Source of the DNA: Capsulimonadaceae bacterium
Lineage (GTDB): Bacteria > Armatimonadota > Armatimonadia > Armatimonadales > Capsulimonadaceae
Length of the DNA stretch: 64,000 nt
NCBI GenBank assembly: GCA_965215505.1
Contig: OZ244065.1
Location: 4,701,835 to 4,765,834, forward strand
Direction of reading: 5' to 3'
This document shows, piece by piece, positions 32,909 to 41,980 of this stretch (positions within the stretch are counted from its first letter, which is position 1; each line of letters opens with the position of its first letter). The notes below the pieces were generated by a model. That model was given only the letters and a program-made list of their open reading frames with translations. It did not search any database and was not told the origin of the DNA. Made by a program: the position numbers and the translations under genes.

Positions 32909-34687
32909 CTAGAGTTTTGGGACTCGCGCCTCCGCCGCCCGGCCCCCCTCGTGGACGGTCAAAAACCGGTCCGCCTTGACATGGCGCAGGGAATCCACCC
33001 GCCCGCCGGGCCACCGGATGCTGACCGTCTCCGCATAGCCCGCCTTGCCCAAGCCCAGGTGGACGCGCACGTCTGAAGCCGACAGGTACGAGCCGTCCGT
33101 GTGGCACAGCCGCGTCTGCGTCAGGCCGCCCGCCGTGGCCGTGACCAGCGCGCCGATGCCGTCGCGGTTGCTCTTTGTGCCGACCAGCGTGAGCGAGAGC
33201 CAGTGGCCGACGGGGCGGCACTCGTTGCGGAGCAGCAGGGGCGTCCCCTCGCTGTCCACGACCAAGGCGTCCACGCGCCCGTCGTTGTCGAAGTCGCCGA
33301 CGGCGAGGCCGCGCCCGACCAGAGGGCGCGGCAGGTCCGGCCCCGCCCGCCCGCTCATGTCCACCAGCAGCCGCCCCTTGTCGTTGCGGAAAAGCTGGGT
33401 CGGCTGGCGGTAGGTCGTAGTCTTGTCCACCAGGGCGATGTTGTCATAGACGTGACCGTTCGTGATCATCAGGTCGAGCCAGCCGTCGTTGTCGTAGTCC
33501 AGCCACTTCGCGCCGAAGGCGACATATGGCGCGGTGGCCGATGCCAGCAGCAGGCCCGCCGACCGGTCCTGGAACAGCCCGCCGCCCTCGTTGTGGAAGG
33601 CGGACTTCGGCTCCCCCTGGAAGGCCGCCGCGAAGAGGTCCAGCCGGCCGTCGTTGTCATAATCGCCCCAGTCCGTGCCCATCCCCGCGTGCATCCGGAA
33701 CCGGCCGTCATACGCCGTCCCGGATGCGCCGCCCCGGCTGCGGAACGTCTCCCCACGGTTCTGGAACAGGTCCCCCGGCTCCTCATCGTCGGCGAGGTAG
33801 AGGGAGGGCCGCCCGGAGCCGTCGAAGTCGGCGAACGCGACGCCCAGCGTCTTGCCCGCGCCACCCTGGAGGTCCCACTCGCGCGTCGCGTCCCGGAACC
33901 TGCCCCCGCCCTCGTTCCGGTAGAAGGCCCCATGCTCCGCCCCATACTCGGTGGGCGAGCAGGCGACCTGCTGCGCGTCCTTCGGGCAGAGCCGCCGACT
34001 CGTCTTGGGGTCGAACTTGATGTAATCGCCGACATACAGGTCCAGCCGCCCGGAGCCGGGCGTCGTCTCGGCGAAGGCCGCCGACGTCCCCCAGGGCTGG
34101 GACTTCAGGCCCGACCGCGCCGTCACGTCCGTGAAGCGCCTGCCCCCGCCCGCCGCCCGCTCGTTGTGCAGCAGCAGACCGGTCCGGTAGCCGCTGACGT
34201 ACACGTCCTCGTAGCCGTCGTTGTCGTAGTCGCCGACCGCGCACCCCAGGAAGTGCCCGCGCAGCCGGTCCAGTCCGGCCTGACGGGACACGTCGGCGAA
34301 GTGGCCGCGCCCGTCGCCCTTGAAGAGGGCGAGGCGGTCCGCCCCGATCAGCAGGACGGAGAGGTGGCCGGAGTTGTCGTAGTCGAGGAGGGCGCAGCCG
34401 TTGCCGATGGTCTGGAGGATGTCGAGGGGGCGGGGTCCGGGGATGGCCCAGCGGTAGCGCAGGCCCGCATTGGCCGCCACATCTACGAAGAGCGCCTTCG
34501 CCTCGCCAACGCTGCCGACGGCCGCCGCCCCGGTCGGGGCGCTCGGCGGCGTCTTGTGGGTCGCGAGCCAGGAGCCGGGCCGGGGGGGGCCGAGGTGGTG
34601 CGGGGTGGCGGCCTCTTCCTCCGGCCCGCAGCCCGCCAGGAGCAGGAGGAGCAGAGGAAGGAGCCGGCTAAGGCTCCTGGACGACAC
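32909..34687 (-). CDS. CRTAC1-family protein (FG-GAP/VCBS repeats plus ASPIC/UnbV C-terminal domain), probable lipoprotein
   Basis: It has repeated DYDNDG/DFDNDG motifs and an UnbV-like C-terminus (DGIGALVT...RWPGG). The lipobox LLLLLAGC follows a candidate GTG start at 34687. The ORF-track start at 34936 overlaps the upstream gene. Confidence 0.8.
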   Translation of the reverse strand: MSSRSLSRLLPLLLLLLAGCGPEEEAATPHHLGPPRPGSWLATHKTPPSAPTGAAAVGSVGEAKALFVDVAANAGLRYRWAIPGPRPLDILQTIGNGCALLDYDNSGHLSVLLIGADRLALFKGDGRGHFADVSRQAGLDRLRGHFLGCAVGDYDNDGYEDVYVSGYRTGLLLHNERAAGGGRRFTDVTARSGLKSQPWGTSAAFAETTPGSGRLDLYVGDYIKFDPKTSRRLCPKDAQQVACSPTEYGAEHGAFYRNEGGGRFRDATREWDLQGGAGKTLGVAFADFDGSGRPSLYLADDEEPGDLFQNRGETFRSRGGASGTAYDGRFRMHAGMGTDWGDYDNDGRLDLFAAAFQGEPKSAFHNEGGGLFQDRSAGLLLASATAPYVAFGAKWLDYDNDGWLDLMITNGHVYDNIALVDKTTTYRQPTQLFRNDKGRLLVDMSGRAGPDLPRPLVGRGLAVGDFDNDGRVDALVVDSEGTPLLLRNECRPVGHWLSLTLVGTKSNRDGIGALVTATAGGLTQTRLCHTDGSYLSASDVRVHLGLGKAGYAETVSIRWPGGRVDSLRHVKADRFLTVHEGGRAAEARVPKL

Positions 34688-36485
34688 GCAGTTTGTCTGT
34701 CTGTAGCGCCGAAGCGGGGAGGGTCTGCGCGGCCCGGCCGTCGGGCCAGCGGATGACGGCCTTTTCAAGCTGCGCGTTCTTGCCCAGGCCGAAATGCAGG
34801 CGGTGGTCGTTCTGGGCGCAGAAGCCGCTGGCCGCCGTGACCTGCTGGAGCTGCGACACCTCCCCGCCCTTGTCGTCCTTCCAATAGAGCCGCACCGACG
34901 CGCCCACGGCGTCGCGGTTGGCGTGCGTCCCGACAAGCTCGAACCCGGCCCACTGCCGGCCCGGCGCGACCGTGTTCTTGTAGAGCAGCAGCGGCCCGCG
35001 CTGTGTCGCCACCAGGATGTCCAGAGCGCCCGTGTTCCACAGGTCCGCCTCGGCCACCGCCCGCCCGTCGTGCGTGTCGCCGACCCCGACCGCGCCGGCC
35101 ACGTCCTTGAAGGTGCCGTAGCCGTCGTTCAGCCAGACGTGTTTGCGCTCGTACCCGGACAGGCTCATGTCGTGCATCGGCGGCCAGTTCTGAGCATCTG
35201 AAATGACACCGCCGTTCGCGCCCGCGATTTTGCCGTAGTCGTACCAGTAGCTCTTGTCGGGGCTGGCCGAGACGTAGCCGTTGGTCAGGAACAGGTCCAG
35301 AGTGCCGTCGTTGTTCAGGTCCCCGAACTGCGCCCCGAAGCTCCACCCGCCCATCTCGACCTTCGCCACGGTGGCGATGTTGTCGTAGTGCAGCCGGGAC
35401 GGAGGACCCGACGGCATCCACAGGTTGTTGCCCTGGACCAGATTGCCCGGTGCGCTGATGTTGGTGATGTAGAGGGCGAACCGGCCCGAGTTCTGGACGT
35501 CGCCGAAGGACAGGCTCATGCCGCTCTTGGCCTGGTAGCCGACGTTCGCGCTGTTGCCGATCTCCCGGAAGCTTCTGCCCCCGTCGTTCGCGTAGATCTC
35601 GGCCGCGCCGTAGTCGTTCGCCAGCACGATGTCCTGGAAGCCGGTCCCGCGCAGGTCCGCCGTCCCGCAGGCCAGTGTCCAGCGCTGGTCCCCGCCCAGG
35701 CCCATCTTCCGGGTCACGTCTTCAAACCTCCCGCCCCCGACATTATGCAGCAGGTATTTGTGGCCCCCGTTGTTTGCGAACTCGAAGGACGACGGCATCA
35801 TGCGCGTATTCTTCAGGTGCCATAAATCCACGTCCTCCGGGTAGTAGCCGCAGATCAGCAAATCCAGTTTGCCGTCGTTGTCGTAATCCACCCAGGTCGC
35901 GCTGTTGGCATTCACCCAACGGGGCAGGCCCGCCGAGCCGGTGACGCGCGTGAATCCCTTGCCGCCGTCGTTGTGGAACAGCTCGGGCCGACCCCACTTG
36001 TAGACCAGCAGGTCCGGGTAGCCGTCGTTGTCGTAGTCGCCCCAGACCGCGCCCATGCATGCCCCCGTGTCCGGCTTGTTCAGGTCGGCCACGCCCATCT
36101 TCTCGGCGACATCGGTGAACGTGCCGTCGTGGTTGTTGTGGTACAGACGGTTCTGGCTGCCCTCGGCGCTGTTGGTGACGTAGATGTCCGGCCAGCCGTC
36201 CTTGTCGAAGTCGGCGACCGTGACCGAGGCCCCCATCGAAGCCACCTGCGGCATGATGTGGGCCAGCTTGGAATCGAGCGTGGGGGCCTCATGCGTGAAG
36301 TCAATCCCGCTCTTGTGGGCAACTTCTTGCAGCGTGAACCCGTAGTTCCTGATCGCATCAGGGCTTGCCACCAGCCCCGGCCCGCCAATATCCGGCGGGA
36401 CCACGCGGCGGTTCAGCGCGGCGACTGACACGAGCAGGGCGACGAGGATGACGGCTAGGAGCGGTTGTGGTATGCGGCTTTGCAT
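34668..36485 (-). CDS. CRTAC1-family protein (FG-GAP/VCBS repeats plus ASPIC/UnbV domain), secreted
   Basis: It has a signal peptide (MQSRIPQPLLAVILVALLVSVAA), repeated DFDKDG/DYDNDG motifs and an UnbV-like C-terminus (DAVGASVRLYW...IRWPDG). Confidence 0.85.
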   Translation of the reverse strand: MQSRIPQPLLAVILVALLVSVAALNRRVVPPDIGGPGLVASPDAIRNYGFTLQEVAHKSGIDFTHEAPTLDSKLAHIMPQVASMGASVTVADFDKDGWPDIYVTNSAEGSQNRLYHNNHDGTFTDVAEKMGVADLNKPDTGACMGAVWGDYDNDGYPDLLVYKWGRPELFHNDGGKGFTRVTGSAGLPRWVNANSATWVDYDNDGKLDLLICGYYPEDVDLWHLKNTRMMPSSFEFANNGGHKYLLHNVGGGRFEDVTRKMGLGGDQRWTLACGTADLRGTGFQDIVLANDYGAAEIYANDGGRSFREIGNSANVGYQAKSGMSLSFGDVQNSGRFALYITNISAPGNLVQGNNLWMPSGPPSRLHYDNIATVAKVEMGGWSFGAQFGDLNNDGTLDLFLTNGYVSASPDKSYWYDYGKIAGANGGVISDAQNWPPMHDMSLSGYERKHVWLNDGYGTFKDVAGAVGVGDTHDGRAVAEADLWNTGALDILVATQRGPLLLYKNTVAPGRQWAGFELVGTHANRDAVGASVRLYWKDDKGGEVSQLQQVTAASGFCAQNDHRLHFGLGKNAQLEKAVIRWPDGRAAQTLPASALQTDKLRVVQEP

Positions 36486-36541
36486 GAATCTGTTCTAAGC
36501 GCCGGGTGCGGCGCGCGGCGCGGTGGAAAAGGCTGCCCGCG

Positions 36542-36859
36542 TCAAGAGGGCACTGTTTCGCGCGGGCCTGCTTCCTGCAAGCCGGCGACGGTGTGTTCCG
36601 ATCCGATGGCACGGAGTTGACCCGCTGGGGACCACCCCGCAGGCGGCAGAATACGGCGGCTATGCCACTTCGCCCCTCCATCGAGCCACCTGTTCCTCAA
36701 CTCGGTATGGCTGAACAGACTGTCGTGGTGGCCGAACTGGGTGCCGCAGCAGACACAGATCATGCTGTCTTGGACCTGCTCGCCGAAATCATATCCGCAG
36801 ACCAGGCACAAGTTGTTCATGGAGGCATCCATCACCAGAGCGGCGACAAGACTTGCCAC
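36542..36859 (-). CDS. Small zinc-ribbon protein (hypothetical)
   Basis: It has CLVCGYDF...CVCCGTQF paired CxxC motifs. The start is uncertain; in-frame ATGs lie at 36859 and 36820. Confidence 0.4.
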   Translation of the reverse strand: MASLVAALVMDASMNNLCLVCGYDFGEQVQDSMICVCCGTQFGHHDSLFSHTELRNRWLDGGAKWHSRRILPPAGWSPAGQLRAIGSEHTVAGLQEAGPRETVPS

Positions 36860-36904
36860 GGGTTGGAACCCGAGGCACCGAAAAGCCCCGCCTCCAGGGG
36901 ACGC
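36855..36904 (-). repeat. Dispersed 50-bp REP-like element, copy A (inverted relative to copy B)
   Basis: Its reverse complement GCGTCCCCTGGAGGCGGGGCTTTTCGGTGCCTCGGGTTCCAACCCGTGGC closely matches copies at 36984 and 56606. Confidence 0.85.
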
Positions 36905-36983
36905 AAGAGACAGGAAATACGCGCGTAGGGGCGGGGTCCCCCCGCCCTCCCGTCTTATCCGTTTCCTTGCCTGGACTTGTCTC

Positions 36984-37033
36984 GCGTCCCCTGGACGCTG
37001 GGAACTTGGCAGCCTCGGGTTTCAACCCGTGGC
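36984..37033 (+). repeat. Dispersed 50-bp REP-like element, copy B
   Basis: The sequence is GCGTCCCCTGGACGCTGGGAACTTGGCAGCCTCGGGTTTCAACCCGTGGC. With copy A it forms an inverted pair around a GTAGGGGCGGGGTCCCCCCGCCCT hairpin. Confidence 0.85.
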
Positions 37034-37122
37034 TCTTTGCGGGCGTAACACCATTATAGCATACTCCCCCGGCTCGCCCGCAGTTCCAGCCCCGTGGCCT
37101 ACCTCCCTGCTCTGCCGCGACA

Positions 37123-38667
37123 CTACCCCGTCCGCCGCCGCTCCGCCGCCCCCCGCTTCGCCCGCAGGTGCGGCAGCAGGTCGCGGCCCGGTACGAACTG
37201 ATACCGGCGCTCCAGCATCGCCGCCAGCCGCCCCCGCGCGGGCAGGTCGCTCCCGTCGGCGGCCCCGTCCAGGCACGGACTCGGGCCGAGGATGCCGTCA
37301 CGGCGCAGCGCTTCCAAAGCATCCCCCCACTGCTTGATCACCTTGCCGGGGTTCGTCCGCGCCGTCTCCTCCCACGCTACCTGCCCGCCGCTCAGGACCG
37401 TCCGCATCTTGAGCGGGTGCTGCGGCGTGACCAGCGTGCGCGTCTTGCCGTCCTTGGTCACGTCCTGGAATGTCATTTTAGAAGCCTGGTTGTTCATCTG
37501 GAAGACCAGATACCAGCCGATCCGCCGCTCCCACCCCTGCCGCTGCAAGTCGTACTCGGCCAGGCGCTTCAGCGAGACGCCCAGCATCGCCCGTTCGGCC
37601 ACCAGGGGCCGCGCCCACTCGCCCAGCGACAGCAGATACCCCGCCGTCTCCGGCTCCGACTCGCCCGCGCCCGCCGTGGGCCGGAAGAAGCGGGACCGCC
37701 GAACCAGCAGAGGCCCTTCCGCCACCATCGCCGTCTTCCGGCGACGTCCCGTGTCCGGGTCCGTCAGCCACAGGTCGGCCGCGCTGCGGGTCTGCATCCG
37801 GCCCGAGCAGAGGAATTCCAGACGGGCCGCCACCTGCTCCCGCAGCTCGCGCGAGCGTTTGCGCGGGTCGGTCCCGCGCCACGCGAAGTAGTCCTCCACC
37901 AGCACCGGAAAGGCCGCATCAAAGTCGTCCCCGCCGGTGCGGACATAGAAGGCGCTGACCGCCAGGGCCGCCACGTCCCAGGTCATCGCATCCAGGAGCG
38001 GCTCGCCACCCGACCAGGCCAGCGCGTTCCCGCCCCGGATGCACTCCGCCGCTTCGCGGCCCTGCATCTCCGAATCCTGATGACAGGCGGCGAACAGCAA
38101 GGCCATCAGGGGCGGCTGCAAGAGGAGGCGGCTGCGGACGCGCGGGGCCGCCAGCGGGGTGGGGGAGCCGGTCGCCGCCCCCCGCAGCGCCTCGTAGTGA
38201 GCCTGATAGGAGGCCGTCACCCGCCCGACGGCCTCGAAATAGCCGTCCCGGATCGCCTCGGACTCCAGCCAGCGTTCCTCGTCACTCGCCCCCGCGTGCC
38301 CCCAAGCGGCGGCCAGGGCGGCGTCGCGCTCCCGCAGCAGATGCTCGCGCTCGGCCAATTCGCCGCTCTCGCGCATGAGCCGCAGCACCGGCTCGCAGAC
38401 GCAAAGCTCGTGCAGGCGTGGCAGACGCCCGTCCTGCCCCCGCGCCTGCCGCCCCGGCGGACCCTCCCACAGATCCCAGGCGCGGCTCCCCGCCACCAGG
38501 TCACTCAGCAGGCGGCCCGCCCGCGTCGCCGTCGCGCCGTGTTCGCGCTCCGCCGTCCGCAGGTCGGCGCGCGAAGGGCTGCCGCCGCCCGATGCGCCGC
38601 CCAGGGCGGCCTGGAGCTGCCTCAGCAGCGCCTCGGCGGCCCCTTCGGTGGCAGAAAGCGCGTTCAT
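37123..38667 (-). CDS. Hypothetical protein (514 aa), translationally coupled to the upstream acyl-CoA dehydrogenase-like gene
   Basis: The ATG at 38667 overlaps the upstream stop (ATGA). No family was recognised. The ORF-track start at 38907 lies inside the upstream gene. Confidence 0.65.
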   Translation of the reverse strand: MNALSATEGAAEALLRQLQAALGGASGGGSPSRADLRTAEREHGATATRAGRLLSDLVAGSRAWDLWEGPPGRQARGQDGRLPRLHELCVCEPVLRLMRESGELAEREHLLRERDAALAAAWGHAGASDEERWLESEAIRDGYFEAVGRVTASYQAHYEALRGAATGSPTPLAAPRVRSRLLLQPPLMALLFAACHQDSEMQGREAAECIRGGNALAWSGGEPLLDAMTWDVAALAVSAFYVRTGGDDFDAAFPVLVEDYFAWRGTDPRKRSRELREQVAARLEFLCSGRMQTRSAADLWLTDPDTGRRRKTAMVAEGPLLVRRSRFFRPTAGAGESEPETAGYLLSLGEWARPLVAERAMLGVSLKRLAEYDLQRQGWERRIGWYLVFQMNNQASKMTFQDVTKDGKTRTLVTPQHPLKMRTVLSGGQVAWEETARTNPGKVIKQWGDALEALRRDGILGPSPCLDGAADGSDLPARGRLAAMLERRYQFVPGRDLLPHLRAKRGAAERRRTG

Positions 38668-39749
38668 AGCCCGAAGAACGGCGAGATCAACTGGTCCAGC
38701 GTGCTGGCCTGGACCTCCGGCGTCAGCACCGCCGTGCCGTAGAACTGCGCCTCGCGCAGAAGCCGCTGCGGGGCGGACGTGACCAGGTGCGCGCTGCCCC
38801 CCGTCGCGATCACGGTCGCGTGGGCCGCCCGCAGGGCCAGGACGTTCGCCGTGGCCCGCGCCCGCAGCGCGTGAGTCTTGTAATCGGGATGGGCCGCGCA
38901 GTCGCACCAGGTCAGCGCCTCGCGCCGGCAGCCGTCGATCTCCAAGGTCAGCGCGAACGCCGTCTGGCCCAGCGTCTCGCGCCCAGGCCGGGCCGCCAGC
39001 TCGCGCAGATAGCGCGCGCAGCCCCGCGCGTTGCCAAGCGGCAGCGCGGCGTGGGTCGTGATGGCCTTATCATCGGCCACCTTCAGCGCCTCGGCGGGCC
39101 GAACGGCCAGCACGCGCTCATCAGGGATGAATAAGTCGCGCACCTCCACTTCAACGGTGTCCGAGGCCGCCATGACGATCAGCGCCAGTGGGGCGCTCGC
39201 CGAGAGCGCCGCCCCGTCCTGTTTCTTATCCACATAGGTAAACAGATGGTCGCCGCCCTCCAGAGTGGCCCCCAGCGCGAACCCGTCCACCAGCCCCCAG
39301 CCGGTGATCCACGGGATGAGGCCGTCCACCCTGTAGCCGCCCGCGACCTCCGCCGCCCGCACGACCGGCGGCCCGTGACGGCGCAGGTGGGACAGCGCGA
39401 CCCCGCAGCGCCCTCGCCCCGAGGCCAGCGCGGGCAGCAGTTCGCGCTTCAGGGCCTCGTTCTCGCCCTCCGCGATGAGCCTGGTCCCCGTCTGGATCTG
39501 CTGCTGGGTGAACGCCGTCACTCCGCAAGCCGAAGCCAAAATCTCGGCGTACTCGTGCCGCGTCACCGCGTCCGCCCCCAGGCCGCCGTACTCAGTAGGG
39601 ATTCCCAGCCCGAACATTCCCGCCGCGCCCAGCCGCCGGACATTGTCCGCGACCGGCCCGGCCACGCCGCCCCGGTCGGCCTCGGCGGCGCAGGGCCGCA
39701 GGAACTCGTCGGCGATCTGCCATACGGCATGCAGCAGTTCTCTATCCAT
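38664..39749 (-). CDS. Acyl-CoA dehydrogenase family protein
   Basis: The 361-aa product has the three-domain ACAD layout, with MFGLGIPTEYGG and RLLREAQFY-type motifs. Confidence 0.8.
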   Translation of the reverse strand: MDRELLHAVWQIADEFLRPCAAEADRGGVAGPVADNVRRLGAAGMFGLGIPTEYGGLGADAVTRHEYAEILASACGVTAFTQQQIQTGTRLIAEGENEALKRELLPALASGRGRCGVALSHLRRHGPPVVRAAEVAGGYRVDGLIPWITGWGLVDGFALGATLEGGDHLFTYVDKKQDGAALSASAPLALIVMAASDTVEVEVRDLFIPDERVLAVRPAEALKVADDKAITTHAALPLGNARGCARYLRELAARPGRETLGQTAFALTLEIDGCRREALTWCDCAAHPDYKTHALRARATANVLALRAAHATVIATGGSAHLVTSAPQRLLREAQFYGTAVLTPEVQASTLDQLISPFFGL

Positions 39750-39984
39750 AACCTGATGATAACATAACCCCCCGTTTTCGTCAACAAGCCACTTTGCCGG
39801 GTGTAGGACTTTTCACCTCACATCCGCCCCCGTTCACCTGATGTCCGGCGGCTGCACCCTGACTACACGAGCAACGGGCGCGGCGGCCCGTCAAGGAGTT
39901 CAAGGCGTGGCCTCCGGCGCGGGACTCCCGGCGCGCATTTCGTGATATGATGCGGGACACGCCGAAGTATCAGGAGATGAACCC

Positions 39985-41046
39985 ATGTATCGCCTACCGC
40001 TCCCCCCTCTGCCGCTCCTCGGTCTGCTGTGCGCCGCCGCGCTCCTGCCCGCGCCGCGCACCGCCGCGCAGGCCCCCGCCCCGACCGCCCCGGAAGCGAC
40101 CTACCGCATCCACCACACGCTCACCGTCCGGGACATCCCGGCGGGGACAAAAAAGGTGCGCCTCTGGTTCTGGCTGCCCCAGGAAGACGAGGCGCAGAAG
40201 GTGCTGGACTTCACCGTCGCCCAGGCGCCGGCCGGCTTCCGCACGGAAGTAGACCCCGCGACGGGGACGACCTACCTTTACGCCGAAGTTGACCGGCCGC
40301 AGGCCGCCGCGATCGCCGTCTCCACCGACTTCACCCTCTGCCGGCGCGTGACGGCGACCGCGCTGGACCCCCAACGGGCCGGGCCGCTGACCGACCGGCA
40401 CCGGGCGGCCTTCGCCGACGATCTGCGGACGGACGTCCCGCACATGGTCGTGGACGCCAAAATGAGGGCGCTGGCCGACCGTCTGTGCGGCTCCGAGACC
40501 AACGTCGTCCGCCAGGCGCGGCTGCTGTACGACTATGTGGTGGACAACACCCAGCACTACTCCAAGAGCGCCACCGCGCCCAAGTCGTCCAACCTGGGCG
40601 ACGCGGAATACTGCCTGGCGAGCGGCGGCGGGGCCTGTACCGACCTGCACTCCCTGTTCGGCGCGCTGGCCCGCGCGCGGGGCATCCCCACCCGGATCTG
40701 CTTCGGGTCACTGCTGAAGGCGCAGAACGAGGGCAAGGAGACCGACCCCGGCTACCGCTGCTGGGTGCTGTTCTTCGTCCCCGGCTACGGCTGGACCCCC
40801 GCCGATCTCGCCGCCGCGAACCTCGCCCCGGAGAAGAAGGACTTCTATTTCGGCGGCCTGGACTCCCGCCGCGTCCTGTTCTCGCGCGGCCGTGACCTGA
40901 CCCTGGCACCGAAGCAGGACGGGCCGCCGGTCAACCTGTTCATTCGCGCCTATGTGGAGGTAGACGGAGCGCCCTACACGAGTTTCGACCGGAAGATGAC
41001 GTTCGTCACGCAGCCGGCCCCGGCACTCGCCTCGGCGGCCCGATGA
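39985..41046 (+). CDS. Transglutaminase-like cysteine protease domain protein, secreted
   Basis: It has a signal peptide (MYRLPLPPLPLLGLLCAAALLPAP) and a core motif GACTDLHSLFGALARARGIPTR with downstream His/Asp. Confidence 0.8.
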   Translation: MYRLPLPPLPLLGLLCAAALLPAPRTAAQAPAPTAPEATYRIHHTLTVRDIPAGTKKVRLWFWLPQEDEAQKVLDFTVAQAPAGFRTEVDPATGTTYLYAEVDRPQAAAIAVSTDFTLCRRVTATALDPQRAGPLTDRHRAAFADDLRTDVPHMVVDAKMRALADRLCGSETNVVRQARLLYDYVVDNTQHYSKSATAPKSSNLGDAEYCLASGGGACTDLHSLFGALARARGIPTRICFGSLLKAQNEGKETDPGYRCWVLFFVPGYGWTPADLAAANLAPEKKDFYFGGLDSRRVLFSRGRDLTLAPKQDGPPVNLFIRAYVEVDGAPYTSFDRKMTFVTQPAPALASAAR

Positions 41047-41209
41047 TTTTCACTTCGCGTCCGATTTCGTTCACCTGGCGTCAGCAAACATACCGGACGC
41101 CCCTTCTGTACGGGCCGCTCTCGTGCCTCTAAGGACTCTGACGGCCGCCGCGCCCACCCCTGGCGCGGCGGGCGGACCCGTGCTAAACTACAGCATCAAG
41201 GAAATCGTC

Positions 41210-41752
41210 ATGGCACACATCACACTCCCCGAAGGCGTCCCCGGCATCGGCGGGCCGCTGAGACAGTACCCCGAGACGGCCCAGCACCTCCTGGGGCTGG
41301 CGCAGGCCCTCCTGCGCGGGCCGTCGTCACTGACGGAGGCCGAGCGAGAGGTCATCGCCACCTACGTCTCGTCCCAGAACGGCTGCAACTTCTGTAGGGA
41401 CTCCCACGGCGCGGCGGCCCGCGCCCTGCTCGGGGACGAGGCCCACATCGTGGACTCGGTAAAAGCCGACTTCGAATGCGCCCCCGTCAGCGAGAAGCTG
41501 AAGGCGCTGCTGGCCATCGCCGGGAGAGTCCAGCAGGGCGGGCGCACTGTCTCCGATGGGGACGTGGCACGGGCCAGGGCAGCCGGGGCCGACGACAAGG
41601 CCGTCCACGACACCGTCCTCATCGCCGCCGCCTTCTGCATGTACAACCGCTATGTGGACGGCCTGGCGACGCCGACGCCCACCGACCCCGCCGACTACGA
41701 CCGCATGGGCGTCGCCCTGGCCCGCCACGGCTACGGGCGCGGCGCCCAGTAG
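41210..41752 (+). CDS. Carboxymuconolactone decarboxylase / AhpD-like peroxidase-related protein
   Basis: It has a CNFCRDSH (CxxC-type) motif. AAGGAA lies upstream of the ATG at 41210. Confidence 0.8.
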   Translation: MAHITLPEGVPGIGGPLRQYPETAQHLLGLAQALLRGPSSLTEAEREVIATYVSSQNGCNFCRDSHGAAARALLGDEAHIVDSVKADFECAPVSEKLKALLAIAGRVQQGGRTVSDGDVARARAAGADDKAVHDTVLIAAAFCMYNRYVDGLATPTPTDPADYDRMGVALARHGYGRGAQ

Positions 41753-41776
41753 AACGAACCGACAAGGAGCAGACCC

Positions 41777-41977
41777 ATGGCGACGACACGGCAGCACTCA
41801 CAGGCAAGCGCCCGGCAGGAAGAGGCCCGGAAGTGTCGGCAGACGATGCAGCGCCTCCTCGGCAGCCTCGCCGTCCACCTGCCCGCCGAACACCCCTCGT
41901 TCCGGTCGGCATTCCTGCTGGAATACCAGCGCGCCGCGAAGGCGAACACACCCAGACAACGCAAAGGAGCATCCTAG
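41777..41977 (+). CDS. Small basic hypothetical protein (66 aa)
   Basis: An AAGGAG SD lies upstream. It ends 3 nt before the next small gene. Confidence 0.4.
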   Translation: MATTRQHSQASARQEEARKCRQTMQRLLGSLAVHLPAEHPSFRSAFLLEYQRAAKANTPRQRKGAS

Positions 41978-41980
41978 AAC

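Noticed and set aside
39688-39705. A 13-nt match (GGGCCGCAGGAAC) to the tandem-repeat stem motif inside the acyl-CoA dehydrogenase-like gene
   Set aside because: It is short, lies inside a coding region, and lacks the rest of the repeat unit. It is most likely chance in GC-rich DNA.
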